A stretch of 64,000 nt of DNA from Stegostoma tigrinum (taxonomy: Eukaryota). The stretch spans positions 23,867,171 to 23,931,170 of the forward strand of contig NC_081358.1 of the NCBI RefSeq assembly GCF_030684315.1, read 5' to 3'. The translations under genes were made by a program, and so were the position numbers. The notes beneath the pieces were generated by a model. That model searched no databases. It saw nothing but the letters and a program-made list of their open reading frames with translations, and was not told where the DNA came from. This document shows, in pieces, positions 13,040 to 24,399 of this stretch (its first letter is position 1; each line of letters begins with the position of its first letter).

Positions 13040-14340
13040 TCCACTTTAAATAAAATTGGCGTTGGTCACTGAGTTAAAAAAAGAACAATCCATGCCAATT
13101 TTAATGCTGTAAGGATGGTATTACACCTGCGTCACAGCTCCAGCAATAAACTGCAAAAACTCTTATTGAAGCCAACAATATCTGAATAGATGAACTGGCA
13201 AATAGACTTGTGTTACATTCCAGAAACATTGTCAGGTGTAACATTATTTTATTTGTATTTCCTTTAACAGTGCACATGCTTACAAAATATGTTAATTAGG
13301 AAGTGCATCATTTTAAATTTTAACTTCTTGTTTAAATTTTCACCATGAATGTGAATCCATCACACAAAGTAGAAAACACTATTTAATAACTGTCCAAGCA
13401 ATAAAGTAAATCTTCACATTAGCAGTCTGATATACGAACAGAGGTTTAAGGTGACAATCTACAACATGTGTAAGCTTGCCCTTTTTGGTAACCTAACAAT
13501 GCACTTAGTATCATCTACTTGAATAATGCTGGTTCTACTACTACAATCAATTTATTCCAACTAATGATCATCAGGCACTCATAAATCAGCATTAGATCTC
13601 AGTTACTGAGTTGGTGGCTTCCACAGATAAAAGTAGCATTCCAATTCTTGGTTAAATATTGGCACACATTGATTTTAATTAGCCCAATTAGTTCATTATG
13701 TTCTAGCATCAAACAGCTCATTTACTGCATTCCACTACCCTAATGGCATATGGTAATGAAGCAAATCAATTAGCAACCATAAAGGAAGCCATTAAGAAGT
13801 GTAAACATTGCTCTTTCAGTTTGTAGAAAGCGTAAAAACACAGCAATGATTAACAATTTTTACAGTTACATGAAAATTCAAATCCCATTGCAGCATATTG
13901 CTGAAGCTGCATGTCAAGGAGAAGCTTTTGAGCGGGATCTTTTTGAGTATCAGCTTAGAAATACAGCACCTCCCTTGTGTTGTTCAGTGCAAAAATTATT
14001 TATTCTAATCTATAATGGAAATATAACCCAATTATCCCGATTATGTTTATGTAAATAAATGTTATTTGTACCAATTGATCCAAACCCATTTATTCCTATT
14101 CTCTGCTACAATTTTAGCTCATCATCTAATAAACATTAAAAATCCACACTGATGCGAAGAACAACAAACATACACTTGTAAGATTTTCTTCATTCTATGA
14201 ATTGTGTATACACTCGCTGTATTCTCACACTTTCCCAATTTTCTGGGAGTATCGCAGCTAAGCACGCCCAAATTTAATGGTAACAATCACACATAATATG
14301 CAACTGAACTTTTAGCTTCCTCTGCCAATTCTATAAACCA
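13040..14340 (+). pseudogene. Sacsin-like fossil, SRR3 segment
   Basis: LVSST*IMLVLLLQSIY~LIAPAYVELLIQLKKRY. ORF 13846: NNFYSYMKIQIPLQHI~ANLYHCLIDADIPVSYV and YQLRNTAPPLCCSVQKL~CRLQQTNLKLFHSLKLL. Continues at ~15177-15600. Confidence 0.7.
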
Positions 14341-14509
14341 CCAGGATGGCTTTGTGGTACGGGTATCGTTCCCTACTCAGGGCTTGAAGATCTGGGTTCA
14401 TCTCTCCTGTATTGCAGATGTGTCACATGATCATGTGGGTTCATTAGTTATAAGAACAGTGAAGCCCAGGACCACACATAAAATTACCTAATTTTGACAT
14501 GAAGCAAAT

Positions 14510-15175
14510 CAAATGGAATTAAATTCTTATCAAGATCAAACCAAATCGAGTTGAGCTGCAATTAACAAAGCATATGTTATTCTAGACTTCATTCATAGGA
14601 ATACAGGACACAAGAGCAAGGAAGTTATGTTGAACTTGTATTAGGCTTGAGCTCAGTTCCAGATGCCACACCTTACGAAGGATGTAAAGTCATTAAAAAG
14701 AGTGCAGTAAAGGTCCATAGCAATGGTACCAGGAACGAGGAAGTTCAGTCAGGAAGATAGGTTAGAGAAGTTAGGATCATCTTCAAACTTAAAGAAGTGC
14801 TATTAATAAATGTATCAACCACTCGTGTGCAAGCACTGCCAATTCAGACCTGACTGAGGAAACTCCAAGAATCCATAAAAGAATGAAGAGAAATGCTTTA
14901 GCTGAACCCCTGGCTTTGCTAAACAAATGACAGAAGTAAGAATGCTGTTCATAATCCCATTAAGGCTTTTAACTGTTACAGAAGTGCAGTGGAGACCGGG
15001 ACATTAAATGTCTTCAAGGCAGAAATTGATAAATTCTTGATCTCACAAGGAATCAAGGGCTACGGGGAGAGTGCAGGGAAGTGGAGTTGAAACACCCATC
15101 AGCCATGAATAAATGGCGGAGTGGACTCGATGGGCCAAATGGCCTTGCTTCCACTGCTATGTCTTATGGTCTTAT
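14510..15175 (+). mobile_element. CR1 fragments (14510-14780 and 14985-15175)
   Basis: CR1 ORF2 3' motifs; the second piece matches the 3' end at 8157-8290. Confidence 0.75.
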
Positions 15176-15957
15176 AGAAATAGATGTTCAAATTCCTAAA
15201 TCCCCAAAGTAAATAAACATAAACTTGAGGAGCTAAGTAGATGTTTTTACATTAGGAACTATAACTCTCCTTTGATCAATAAGGTGGTGACAAAAAATAG
15301 ACCAAAAATTTACAAAAATGAATATAATTGGAGAACAACTTTGCAGAGATGTTCTAATTAAGACAAAAAGTCTATGAACTGTTGACTTAATTGATTGGTC
15401 TAATGTGATTTAGCATGATGGTAGAAGAACATTTATGGTTTTCTCAAACTTTGCATATGACCAAAGCAAGTTAGCCATCCAAGAGGCTAAGGAGAATAAA
15501 GTTCAAGTTTCAGCAGAAATATTGCAATGGATCTTCTTTTCAACATTAGAGCTGGTTTACATTTCTGAGGAGTCACCCTTCACAAGGTACATAAGTGGAT
15601 CAGTCGCACAAGTACTGTGGCTACCAGCGCAAGAGAAGGCTGGAAATAATACAGCTTCCTAGTGCCCAAAACTTTTCACCATTAACAAAGTAAAAATAAG
15701 AAATGTGATTGAATGTTCTTCCACAACACTCAGGAAGCTCAACACCATCCAAGACAAAGAATGCCATTTGATCAACACACTGGTTACCTTTGTAAATGTT
15801 CACTTGCTCAACACGTGCACACACGGATTAGCAGTGTGCACCATCTATGAGATATATTGCAACAGCTCGCCAAACCTCTTTCAGTGATCCATGACTTCTA
15901 CCACCCAGAAGACCAAGGGCAGCTGACATATGGGAACAGCACAAGCAAGTTTCTCTC

Positions 15958-18468
15958 TGAAATAACTCCACAGGACATTATCCTGTCACCAAGTCACCCA
16001 TTATTTACATGTGGATAGTACTTGACACTGGTCTGGCTTCCTCAGAGCCAGTTCTCAGGAGTGAATAGAACATCTGACATTTCTGTTTATACTTGTCAGC
16101 CAGGGAATCCCTGATTAGACCAGGTTAATAGCCCCAATCACGGAACTCACATTCTATGAAATCCACCTGGATGACCTCATTACAACCACTACACCCCTCT
16201 CCCTCTAAGTCTGGGGATATTGGCCTGTTTTTTCTTTTCTTGCAGCCTTTCCTGGGGCATTTTTGCACCATATCCAATTCCTCTGACTCGGATATGGGCA
16301 TTCACCGGACTGTAGCCCACCTCTTGCATCAGTACAGTCTCAGAACAAATGCATTCTCTTCTTCAGGCTGTAAAGGCATTGAGGCTGTGGCATTCATTGT
16401 GTCCATCTCCACCAGCAGCACTACCAGATTCATGATAAAGACCTCAGACTCCTAGGTTTCCTTGATCCTAGAAACAGGGGGTCAATCCATAGGTTCCAAA
16501 AGATCTTCTGGCTGTTCTGCGGGCCGGGTATGCTTTACTCCTGCCCTCTTGCGGGTTTGCAGGTTTCATGTGGTCTGTGTGCTTGTTCAGGACCACGTCT
16601 CCTACCCAAATTTTGTCTATCATGGGACTTGGCCTTGAATCAACCATGCCTCTTACCCATGCAGATCCAGTCCCATGGTTTTGACACCAAACTTCGTACC
16701 CTGAAATAAATTGACTCTCCCACTTGGGGTAGTCTTGTGTCCAACACTGTCATTCCTGATGCCATTTCACCTTAGACAATAATAGCTGGTCCTTCATACC
16801 CCTGAAGGTTATGACTCAGTTATTACACCATTTCCAAGCCTGCCAATTTTTCAGTAGCAGATGCAAGGGTGCCAAGATGGAGGCTGGGCTACATACGAAC
16901 TTTCCATGATAATTCACCAGTCCAAGGGAAGGCCTAAGCTCGATTAGAAACAATGGAAGCTGCAGGACCTTTGATCACCGTCATTTTATCTTCCAATGTG
17001 TGTAACCCAGCCTTGGTGACTCTGTAGCCCAGTGGGTCATTTGGAGTGCCTGGAACGCACTCTTCTTTTCCCTCCTAAGGCATATACACAACTTAGAGAA
17101 ACATCTAAGGACTATATCCAAGTTCCCTCAGCGCTCGTTATTACTCTTCTCTGTTATTAGCACATCATCCAGATAAAAGGTGACCTGGAGTAGACCTTGA
17201 CCAACATTCTCTAACATCCACTGAAAAATGGCACAGGCTGATGACAACCCAAATGGCAGTCTCATATGTAGATAGAAACTCTTATGGGTATTGATTGCAA
17301 CACACTTCTGGGAATCTTCATCTAACCACAGTTGCCAGTATACCTGGCTCATGGTCAGCATCATGAAGGACAGCGCCCCCCCAACCAGCTTTGCATATAA
17401 GTCATCTGCGCAAGGAATTCACTATTTATCCAACTGTGAACAGCAGTTTGTCTTTTGTTTAAAATCCCCACAAAGTCAAACCAACCTGACAAGCTTCAGA
17501 ACTAGTTCTGCCCATTCTGCAAACTGTACTGGTTTGATGATTCCTTTACATGTCAGCCTTCTGATTTCTGCCTCCACTTTTACATATAAGGCAAAGAGTA
17601 CCAGGTGAGCCTTGGAGAATCGTGGAATTGTTTCCTGGTCAACATGCAGCATGGTGGCTTTGTGCTGCTTCGCAGCGTCAGGGGCCCAGGTTTAATTCCA
17701 CCCTTGAATGGTAACTGTCTGTGTGGAGTTTGCACAATCTCCCCACATTTGCGTGGGTTTCCTCCAGGTGCTGTAGTTTCCTCCCACAGTCCAAAGATGT
17801 GCAGGCTAGGTGGATTAGCCATGCTAAATTGTTCAGAGTGTCCATCAATGTGCAGGCTAGGTAGATTAGCCATAGGAAAATGCAGGGTTATAGGGATAAA
17901 GTAGGGCAGTGGGTCTGGATGGGATGCTCTTCAGAGGATCAGTGTGGACTTGAAGGGCCAAATAGCCTGCTTCCACTCTGCAGGGATTCTATGATTCTAT
18001 ACAAGATGGCCTTGGCCTCTTTGATAGTCTCCAGACCTTCCCAAAAAACTTCTGCATGTTTCACTCAGGCATTTTCTAATTGAAAAATCTTGAGCCAATC
18101 AAGGCATTCTCTTTCAAACAATTTCACACTATTAGGCTTGGGCCCAAGCCCATTTGGCCAAGGCAAGGCTTTGCTTTATGACAACCTACAGTCCCTCTGT
18201 TCAGAATATCTCAAGACTAAGGCTATGCAGTTACCCTTCGCTCAAGTGGTGCTCCCCAAGCTCAATTAGCCTGGCAAAGGTGTCCACTTCTATCGGCATA
18301 CCGCGTAATTCATATGCTCCACTTGCTGCTTTCAGAGGGAACAGGATGTCTGACACTCCTGTTTATATCTGTCAGCCAGGGCTTCTTGATTGTTCCATGT
18401 AAACAGCCCCACTCAGAGAACTCATATTCTATGAGATACACGTAGCTGACCTCATTACAATCACGACA
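15958..18468 (-). mobile_element. Internally deleted Ty3/Gypsy LTR retrotransposon
   Basis: 3' LTR at 15958-16193 preceded by a polypurine tract (16194-16206); partial 5' LTR at ~18330-18468; TSD CTCTC at 15953-15957 and 18469-18473. RT fragment ORF 17128..17364 (AINTHK...RLPFGLSSACAIFQ...YLDDVLIT). Confidence 0.92.
17645..18000 (+). mobile_element. HE1-like tRNA-derived V-SINE
   Basis: Core tgtgtggagtttgcac...gcgtgggtttcctcc...cccacagtccaaagatgtgcagg and a gattctatgattctat tail; inserted in the Gypsy element. Confidence 0.85.
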
Positions 18469-18504
18469 CTCTCCAAGTCACAAACTATTTTGACTTGAAT
18501 TGCA

Positions 18505-20570
18505 TAGTCAGAAAAAAATCTACTTGAGAAATCTGACTGATACAGTTCCAGATAACACTCTGAATCTGACCTTTTGTTTTGTTTCGGAGCTTTTCTCATC
18601 TGGTTGTTCTTTTACACCATAATGGCCATTACTCCACCATGGCCCACATAAATGTTATTCACTGCTTCCCTTCATTTGTTATAAAAATGAAAAAGATTGT
18701 ATTAAACGGTCTAAGGGAACAAATAGAGAAGCAGCCACAGGAAATAAGTAGATAAAAAGAGATAAAACACAATGCAAAAACATAATATGATTTACGCGGA
18801 GTTCAGTATTTGTCTTCTTGCCCTTATTATTTCTCATTTTTGTATGTAAAGTTACTGAGTAGAAGTTGCTGGAAACATCAGTATAATGGACTGAACAGTA
18901 CTGATGCAGCTAGGAGATTAGTTACATTGAACATGATTAAACATCAAAATTACAGGTGGTTCTAAGACCAAACGTTTGAGATATGTTAAGACCTTCAAGT
19001 ATCAGCTTCACTAAAGGCATTAACAAACACACAGAAATATTCATTTTTACGAAATGTAATTGGATTTGTCTTTATTACTTAATTTTGAACAACAGAAGTT
19101 GGAGTTAATTTGAAATATATGGCAGATATAACAAATAAAGCAGCTAAAATGACAATAAAACATCTCTGGGAACATTGTGACCAGATTGCACAATCAGAAG
19201 ATGAATATTTGTAGCAAAATATCAGCTTTCCAGGGATGTTCAGAGTTATACCTTGAACTTTGAAACAGCTATCACAGAGCCACCTACAGGAGTAAAAGGC
19301 ACCATAAACATTGACATTTATTTTTCAATGAAGTGCATATCCCATATACAAATTTAATACTAAATAGATATAATAGACAGCAGATGACTGACCGTTAGTG
19401 TAAATGATGCCTAAATGTTTGGAAAATATAAACACATTCTCATGCTTGTTTTACAATCACAAAATATATCTATGAGACCCTAACCTCATCCCTGTACAGC
19501 AAAATAATTTTCACCCAGAAGCTACTGTGCTTTTTGAGGAGAATACGAGAAGCTAGAGTTGTCTTTTGTTCTATTCCCAAAATTACAACGCTTCAGAAAT
19601 AACTTCAATTCCTTGGATCTAGTGAATGATGCAAGAAATGCATCTGCTGTAACATATCAGTTCATAACTCTGTTGTTCCTGATGCCTTTGATGACAAGGC
19701 AATGCATTTTCAGTTACTTCAAACTTTAGTCTGTGATTCTGGTTAAGATGAATTCCTTGCTCCTCCTCAAATGGCGCCATACAATCTTTTAACTTTCAAT
19801 TGAAACAGGAAGACAGAATTTCTAACATTTTCTCGATGTAGGAATTTGTAGAAATGACGTTATTTTCTCCCAAATTCTTTTGGGTGATGAAGTGAAACGA
19901 TATACGTACTTTTCTGTGAACAGTGTCAGAGCGACGTATTGCATGCACATGGTAACGTGCAATCATTATAAAACAGCTTCTTCTAAGGTTCATTAAAGAT
20001 GGATGAATTTAACACATACAAATGTCAACATTTTGGCAAAGCACTACAAAGCAGATCACAAATTTCAAAAATATATTTGAGAAAGCCTCCCACTAAATAA
20101 CTTATATTTGAGATTGTTAGGAGATCTAGAAAGTTATTCCAGAGTGCTCACTGTAGAGCAATCACCAGTTTACTGCATAACACAAACCATTCCTTGTCTA
20201 AGCCACCAGATGGAGCAGGTTGCAGAAAAGGTTTTTAATGTGAAAGAAAAGTGTGCAACCAAATTCATACCACAGAAACAGGTTTCCTACTGATCATATA
20301 GTGATACTGAAAGTCATTGTGGGTGAATGCAAAACTTAGATCACACTGAATTCTCACCCCGACAGAAGAAAACAAACCAGGCTAGAAGCAATGTAAGAAA
20401 CCTTCCCTTTAAAGAATTGCCTTGCAACAGTTGGCACTGCAATAAAAGCTGCAAGCTTAACTGTGAATTATCCTGCCATCTCACCATTCCAAAATGCTGC
20501 AGTACTGATGTTGAAAATATACACTTAAATATTTTGGAAGTAGTCAACTGTCTTCATGAAATTTAAGTTG
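18505..20570 (+). pseudogene. Sacsin-like fossil, end of SRR3 through J-domain and HEPN
   Basis: IEHD*TSKLQ~IIHDANSRLKQ; SFLRNVIG~EFLRNIG; LQK*LQFLGSSE~LQGRLQLLLSSE; HYKTASS~EYKIVSS; LYLRLLGD~LYLKWHPD; ORF 20327..20566 resembles HEPN (NQARSN, NSWHCNK, TIPKCCSTDV). Confidence 0.78.
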
Positions 20571-20954
20571 AGCAGTAAGTAGGAACTGCATGCAGTGCTT
20601 ATCACCATAGTTATAAAAACCTTTAAAATATTATTTAAAATTGTGAAGGGTTTTGAAAGAGTAAACCCTAATAGGAAGAATGCTTTTTTTTCTTGAGTAC
20701 AGTATAACTAGAAGCGTTCAATATGAGATTATCATCAAGAATTCCAAAAGAAGCTTCTTCACCCAAAGAGTGATAGCTCATTGCACAGGAAATGGTTTAA
20801 GATTGTCAGTATAGTTGCATTTAAGGGGAACCTAGCCAAGTAACTAGGGGGAAAGGAATAGATAGTTAAGATAGTAGATTTAGATGAGAAACTTTGGATA
20901 GTCAAGTGGACCCTAAAGTAGTCAAATGGTAAGTTGGGCCAAACAGTCTGTCAC

Positions 20955-23604
20955 ATAAGGTTTTGGAGTAGATTTGCAGCTCAGGTTGAGGATGTTGAAG
21001 TTGGTTGGCTCGCCAAGCAGGTTTGTTGTTCTGCAGATGTTTCATTACCGTGCTGGATAAGATCATCAGTGCAGCCTCCAATGAAGCGTGGTGTGTTTTC
21101 TTGCCTTGGTTTTAAACTCTGGAGTCTGTTGAGCTGGATTGCCTCACTTCTGGTTTTCCTTCGTAGTGGAGTGTATATGGGGTCGAGTTCTATGTGTTTA
21201 TTAGTGGTTTTCTTTGTGGAGTGCCAGGCTTCTAGGAATTCCCATGCCTGTCTCTGCTTAGCTGTCCCAGGATTTTGGTGTGGTCCCAGTAGAATTGGTG
21301 GTTCTCCTTATCCATGTGGACTGAGATGAGTGAGTATTGGTCGTATCTTTTTGTAGCCAATTCGTGTTTGTGTACCCTGGTTGTTAGTTTCTTTCCTGTT
21401 TGTCCGATGTAGTGTTTCTCACAGTCTCTACAGGGGATCTTATAGATGACATTGGTCCTGTCCATGGCGGGGAGTGGGTCTTTAGTTCGGGTGAGCAGTT
21501 GTCATAGAGTTGGGAGCTTGCATGCCACTCTGATGCCCAACAGTCGTAGGAGTCTTGTGGTTAGTTCCGATGTGTTCCTGATGGAGGGTAGTGTGATGAG
21601 TGTGTTGGGGCACATAGTATCTTCCTGATGTTGTTTGTGTAGATATCTTCTGTCCCAGTTTTTGGATATCCATTATCCTTGAAAATCTGGAAGAGGAATT
21701 CTTCTTCCTCTTGGCGTAGTTCAGTGTTGCTGCAATGTGTTGTTGCCTGTTTGAATAGTGTTCGCATGCAGTTTCATTTGTATGTGTTGGGATGGTTACT
21801 GTTGAAGTTCAGTGCCTGGTCCGTGTGTGTGGCTTCTCTGTGTACTTTCGTTTGGAGTTCCCCATTTGTCTTGCGCTCTACCATCATGCCCAGGAATGGG
21901 AGCTGTTTGTTCTTCTCCTCCTTTCTAGTGAATTTTATTCCAGTGAGGATGCTGTTTATAAGCTTGTGTGTCTCCTCTAGTTTGGTCCATTTAATGATGA
22001 CAAAGGTGTCGTCCAAGCAGTGTGTCCATAGTTTAGGTTGGATTAACAGAAGGGCCGCCCCTTATCGTCTTTGCAGCACTGCCTCTGCTATGAGTTCGGA
22101 AATGGGTGATCCCATGGGTGTCCTATTAATTTGTTTGTATGTTTGGCCGTTGAAAGTGAAGTGTGTAGTAAGGCATAGGTCCAGTACTTTGAGCATGTTA
22201 TCCGTGGAGATGGTTTCACTGGGGTCTTGCTCTTGTTCCAGAAGTGCTGTCATTGTTTCCCTTGCTAGTGGTATGTCTATTGATGTAAATAGGGCAGTGA
22301 CATCAAACGATATCACTGCCACCTTGACATCTATCCTTATGTCTTTGATGGAGTTGAGAAATTCTTGGGCTGAGTGGACTGAGTGGGATGACTTGTTGGC
22401 TTACGAGTCTGAGTCTCCTTTGTAGTTCCTTGGCTAATCTGTGTGATGAGTGCCTGGCAGAGAGACTATGGGTCTTAGGGGTACTTCGGCTTGTGCACTT
22501 TCGGGAGGCCGTAGAATCGGGGTGAGCTGGTTCCTTTGGGTTTCATTCTTAAGAAGTCTGCTTTGTTCTTTCCTGTCTGTTTAAGTCTTATTAGCATGGA
22601 GAGGATTTTGTTGCCTAGTTGCGGCGTCAGGTCAGTTTGTACTGGCCAGTATGTGTTTTCATCGGCGAGCAGTGCCTGTACCTTGGAGATGTAGTCCCTT
22701 TTATTCAGTATTACTATCATGCGCCCTTTGTCTGCGGGTAGTATTGTGATGTTCTTGTCCTTCTTCAGTCCTTCTAGGGCCTGTCTTTCCAATGTATTGA
22801 GGGTGTTGAGTTTGCTCCTTCTGGTTATTATCGGGATTACTGTCTGTCTTATCATTTGTTGTGTTTCTTCGTTGATATTGTTGGTCCTTCGTATGGCTTC
22901 CAGTGTGGCCACGGATTCCGTTTTGTTGGTGTCCCTGTAGTTGTAGTTCAGTCCTCAGGTGAGAACGGTTTTTTCCATGTCTGTCTGTTTCCTGTGAGAG
23001 AGGTTTCTTATCCAGGTGTCTGTTCTGTTGTTGTCATTTTTGTGGATAAGTGTGGCTAGCTTGTCTTGAAGGGTCTGTCTTTTCTTCACTCTTGTGGTCT
23101 GTTGCTGATGTTCATGGCTCGTTCCATGTCTGTTGTCCAGCTTGATTGGTAGATTCTAGGAATAAAGTTTTTTGGTGCATAATTTCTCTGTTGGATCCGT
23201 GGAGCCAGTTGTGTGTGTCGTTTATCACTACCCTTACCATTTTGCGGCCATTTTGTTGTGTTGTTTAGCGAGCTTGTGGGTTGTTGATGGGTGATTTGTA
23301 TCTCACACTGCATGGTAATACCTGGTTCCTGAGACATTCATGTAAGAAGTAGAATTGCCCGTGGGTTGCATTCTCTCGAGTGTAGTTTTCCCATTTTCAT
23401 GCGAATTTTAAGCGTGTTAAGCCCATAGGTTTTGGAGTAGATTTATAGTTCAGGTTGTGTGTGTTCAGGTTGGTTGGCTTGCTGAGCTGGTTTGTTGTTC
23501 CGCAGACGTTTTATTACTATGGTGGGTAACAGCATCAGGGGCAGCCTGCGATGAAGCATCAGTGTGTTTTCCTGCCTGATTTTTAACCTCTGGAGGTCCG
23601 AACT
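20955..23604 (-). mobile_element. Penelope-like element (RT + GIY-YIG) flanked by direct pseudo-LTRs
   Basis: Frameshifted ORFs: ILPADKGR, PRFYGLPKVHK, SFDVTALFTSI, PMGSPIS, DDTFVI, and NVIYKIPCRDCEKHYIGQTGK (GIY-YIG). Direct repeats of ~175 bp at ~20955-21130 and ~23425-23604. Confidence 0.93.
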
Positions 23605-23964
23605 GCAAAACCTTAGAGACTCATGGGACAGCGAGAGGAGAGCTAGGCTGTGCCAGAGGGCAAGGACAACAGTGATCAAGAGGTTGGAGCAGACTAGATT
23701 ATGGAGGGGGAGGGGACCAGGGTGACACAGGAAAGACTGGAGTTTGGAGAGGGGTGGAGGATTGCAAGGCAGGGCAGATTGGATTTTGAAGGGGTGCGGG
23801 ACTGACCAGATTTTGGAAAGAAGGAAGACCCGATATTGAGGTCGGTGGGAAAGAATCTCGCAGGGCCTGGTCATACAGGAGAATACCAGTGTTTGCAGGG
23901 GAACATGATAACGGAGCCAGACTGGATTTTGATGGAATCCAGGGTCATAATAGGTTAACACTAT

Positions 23965-24360
23965 CCAGGGCAAAGCAGCCCACTTCATTGTCACCACATC
24001 CACAAGCATTCATTCCCTCCAGCACTGTCATTCAGTAACAGCAATGTACCATCTGCAAGATGCAGAAATTTATCAAGTCTACTTAGACAGCACTTTCCAA
24101 CACGATGAACACTACCATCTAGAAGGTCAAGGGCAGCACATACATGGGAATGCTACCAATCCCAACTATCACCATTCCTTTAATATCGCTGAGTCAAAAT
24201 TCTGGACCTTTCTCCTGAACAGTATTGTGAGTCTATTTACACCAGACAAACCAGAATGGTTCAAGCTGACAACTTAGCTTCACCACCTTCTCAAGAGCAA
24301 CTGGGGATCTCTAATAAGTACTGACCTAGGCAGCATTACCCACAGCCCATGAATGAATTA
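23965..24360 (+). mobile_element. L2/CR1-superfamily LINE 3' end (caccaccttctcaagggcaact-type tail)
   Basis: Same family seen at ~4930-5220, ~15600-15957 and ~48370-48782. Confidence 0.6.
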
Positions 24361-24399
24361 TGTGAAATACAGTGCAATATTACCTCTCGGTGCTGACCT

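Larger units (their letters stand above)
540..20570 (+). pseudogene. Fossil full-length sacsin (SACS)-like gene, apparently intronless, fragmented by TE insertions
   Basis: Colinear decayed translations resemble recalled human sacsin from SRR1 to HEPN. Examples: FRSDQVNCVT~PSNNITCVT (~1250); ITILNYSLSNTLKVA~KTVLNYLQSSGKQIA (~1850); QFPFD...FAVDWATCNPLPIP~QWYPFD...FSEDLTLFDEMPLIP (ORF 2337); SVN*KEM...LFVKAATLLL~TSNRKEI...VIVKAYLQVL (~6110-6200); TSEGSW~ISEGIW (~9455); *FGLGLTAI*QVQNC~QYGIGFNSVYHITDC (~10310); TLQK*LQFLGSSE~SLQGRLQLLLSSE (~19590); LYLRLLGD~LYLKWHPD (~20105); NQARSN...NSWHCNK~RQARAN...NEWVCFK (~20380). Confidence 0.8.

Noticed and set aside
21679-22425. 248-aa plus-strand ORF
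   Set aside because: Antisense shadow of the Penelope RT frame.
20955-23604. Direct repeats read as true LTRs
   Set aside because: No TG...CA ends or integrase; RT plus GIY-YIG and hammerhead motifs identify Penelope pseudo-LTRs.
23443-24009. 188-aa minus-strand ORF
   Set aside because: Spans the junction of a pseudo-LTR, an unassigned purine-rich block and a LINE tail; chimeric, no domain.
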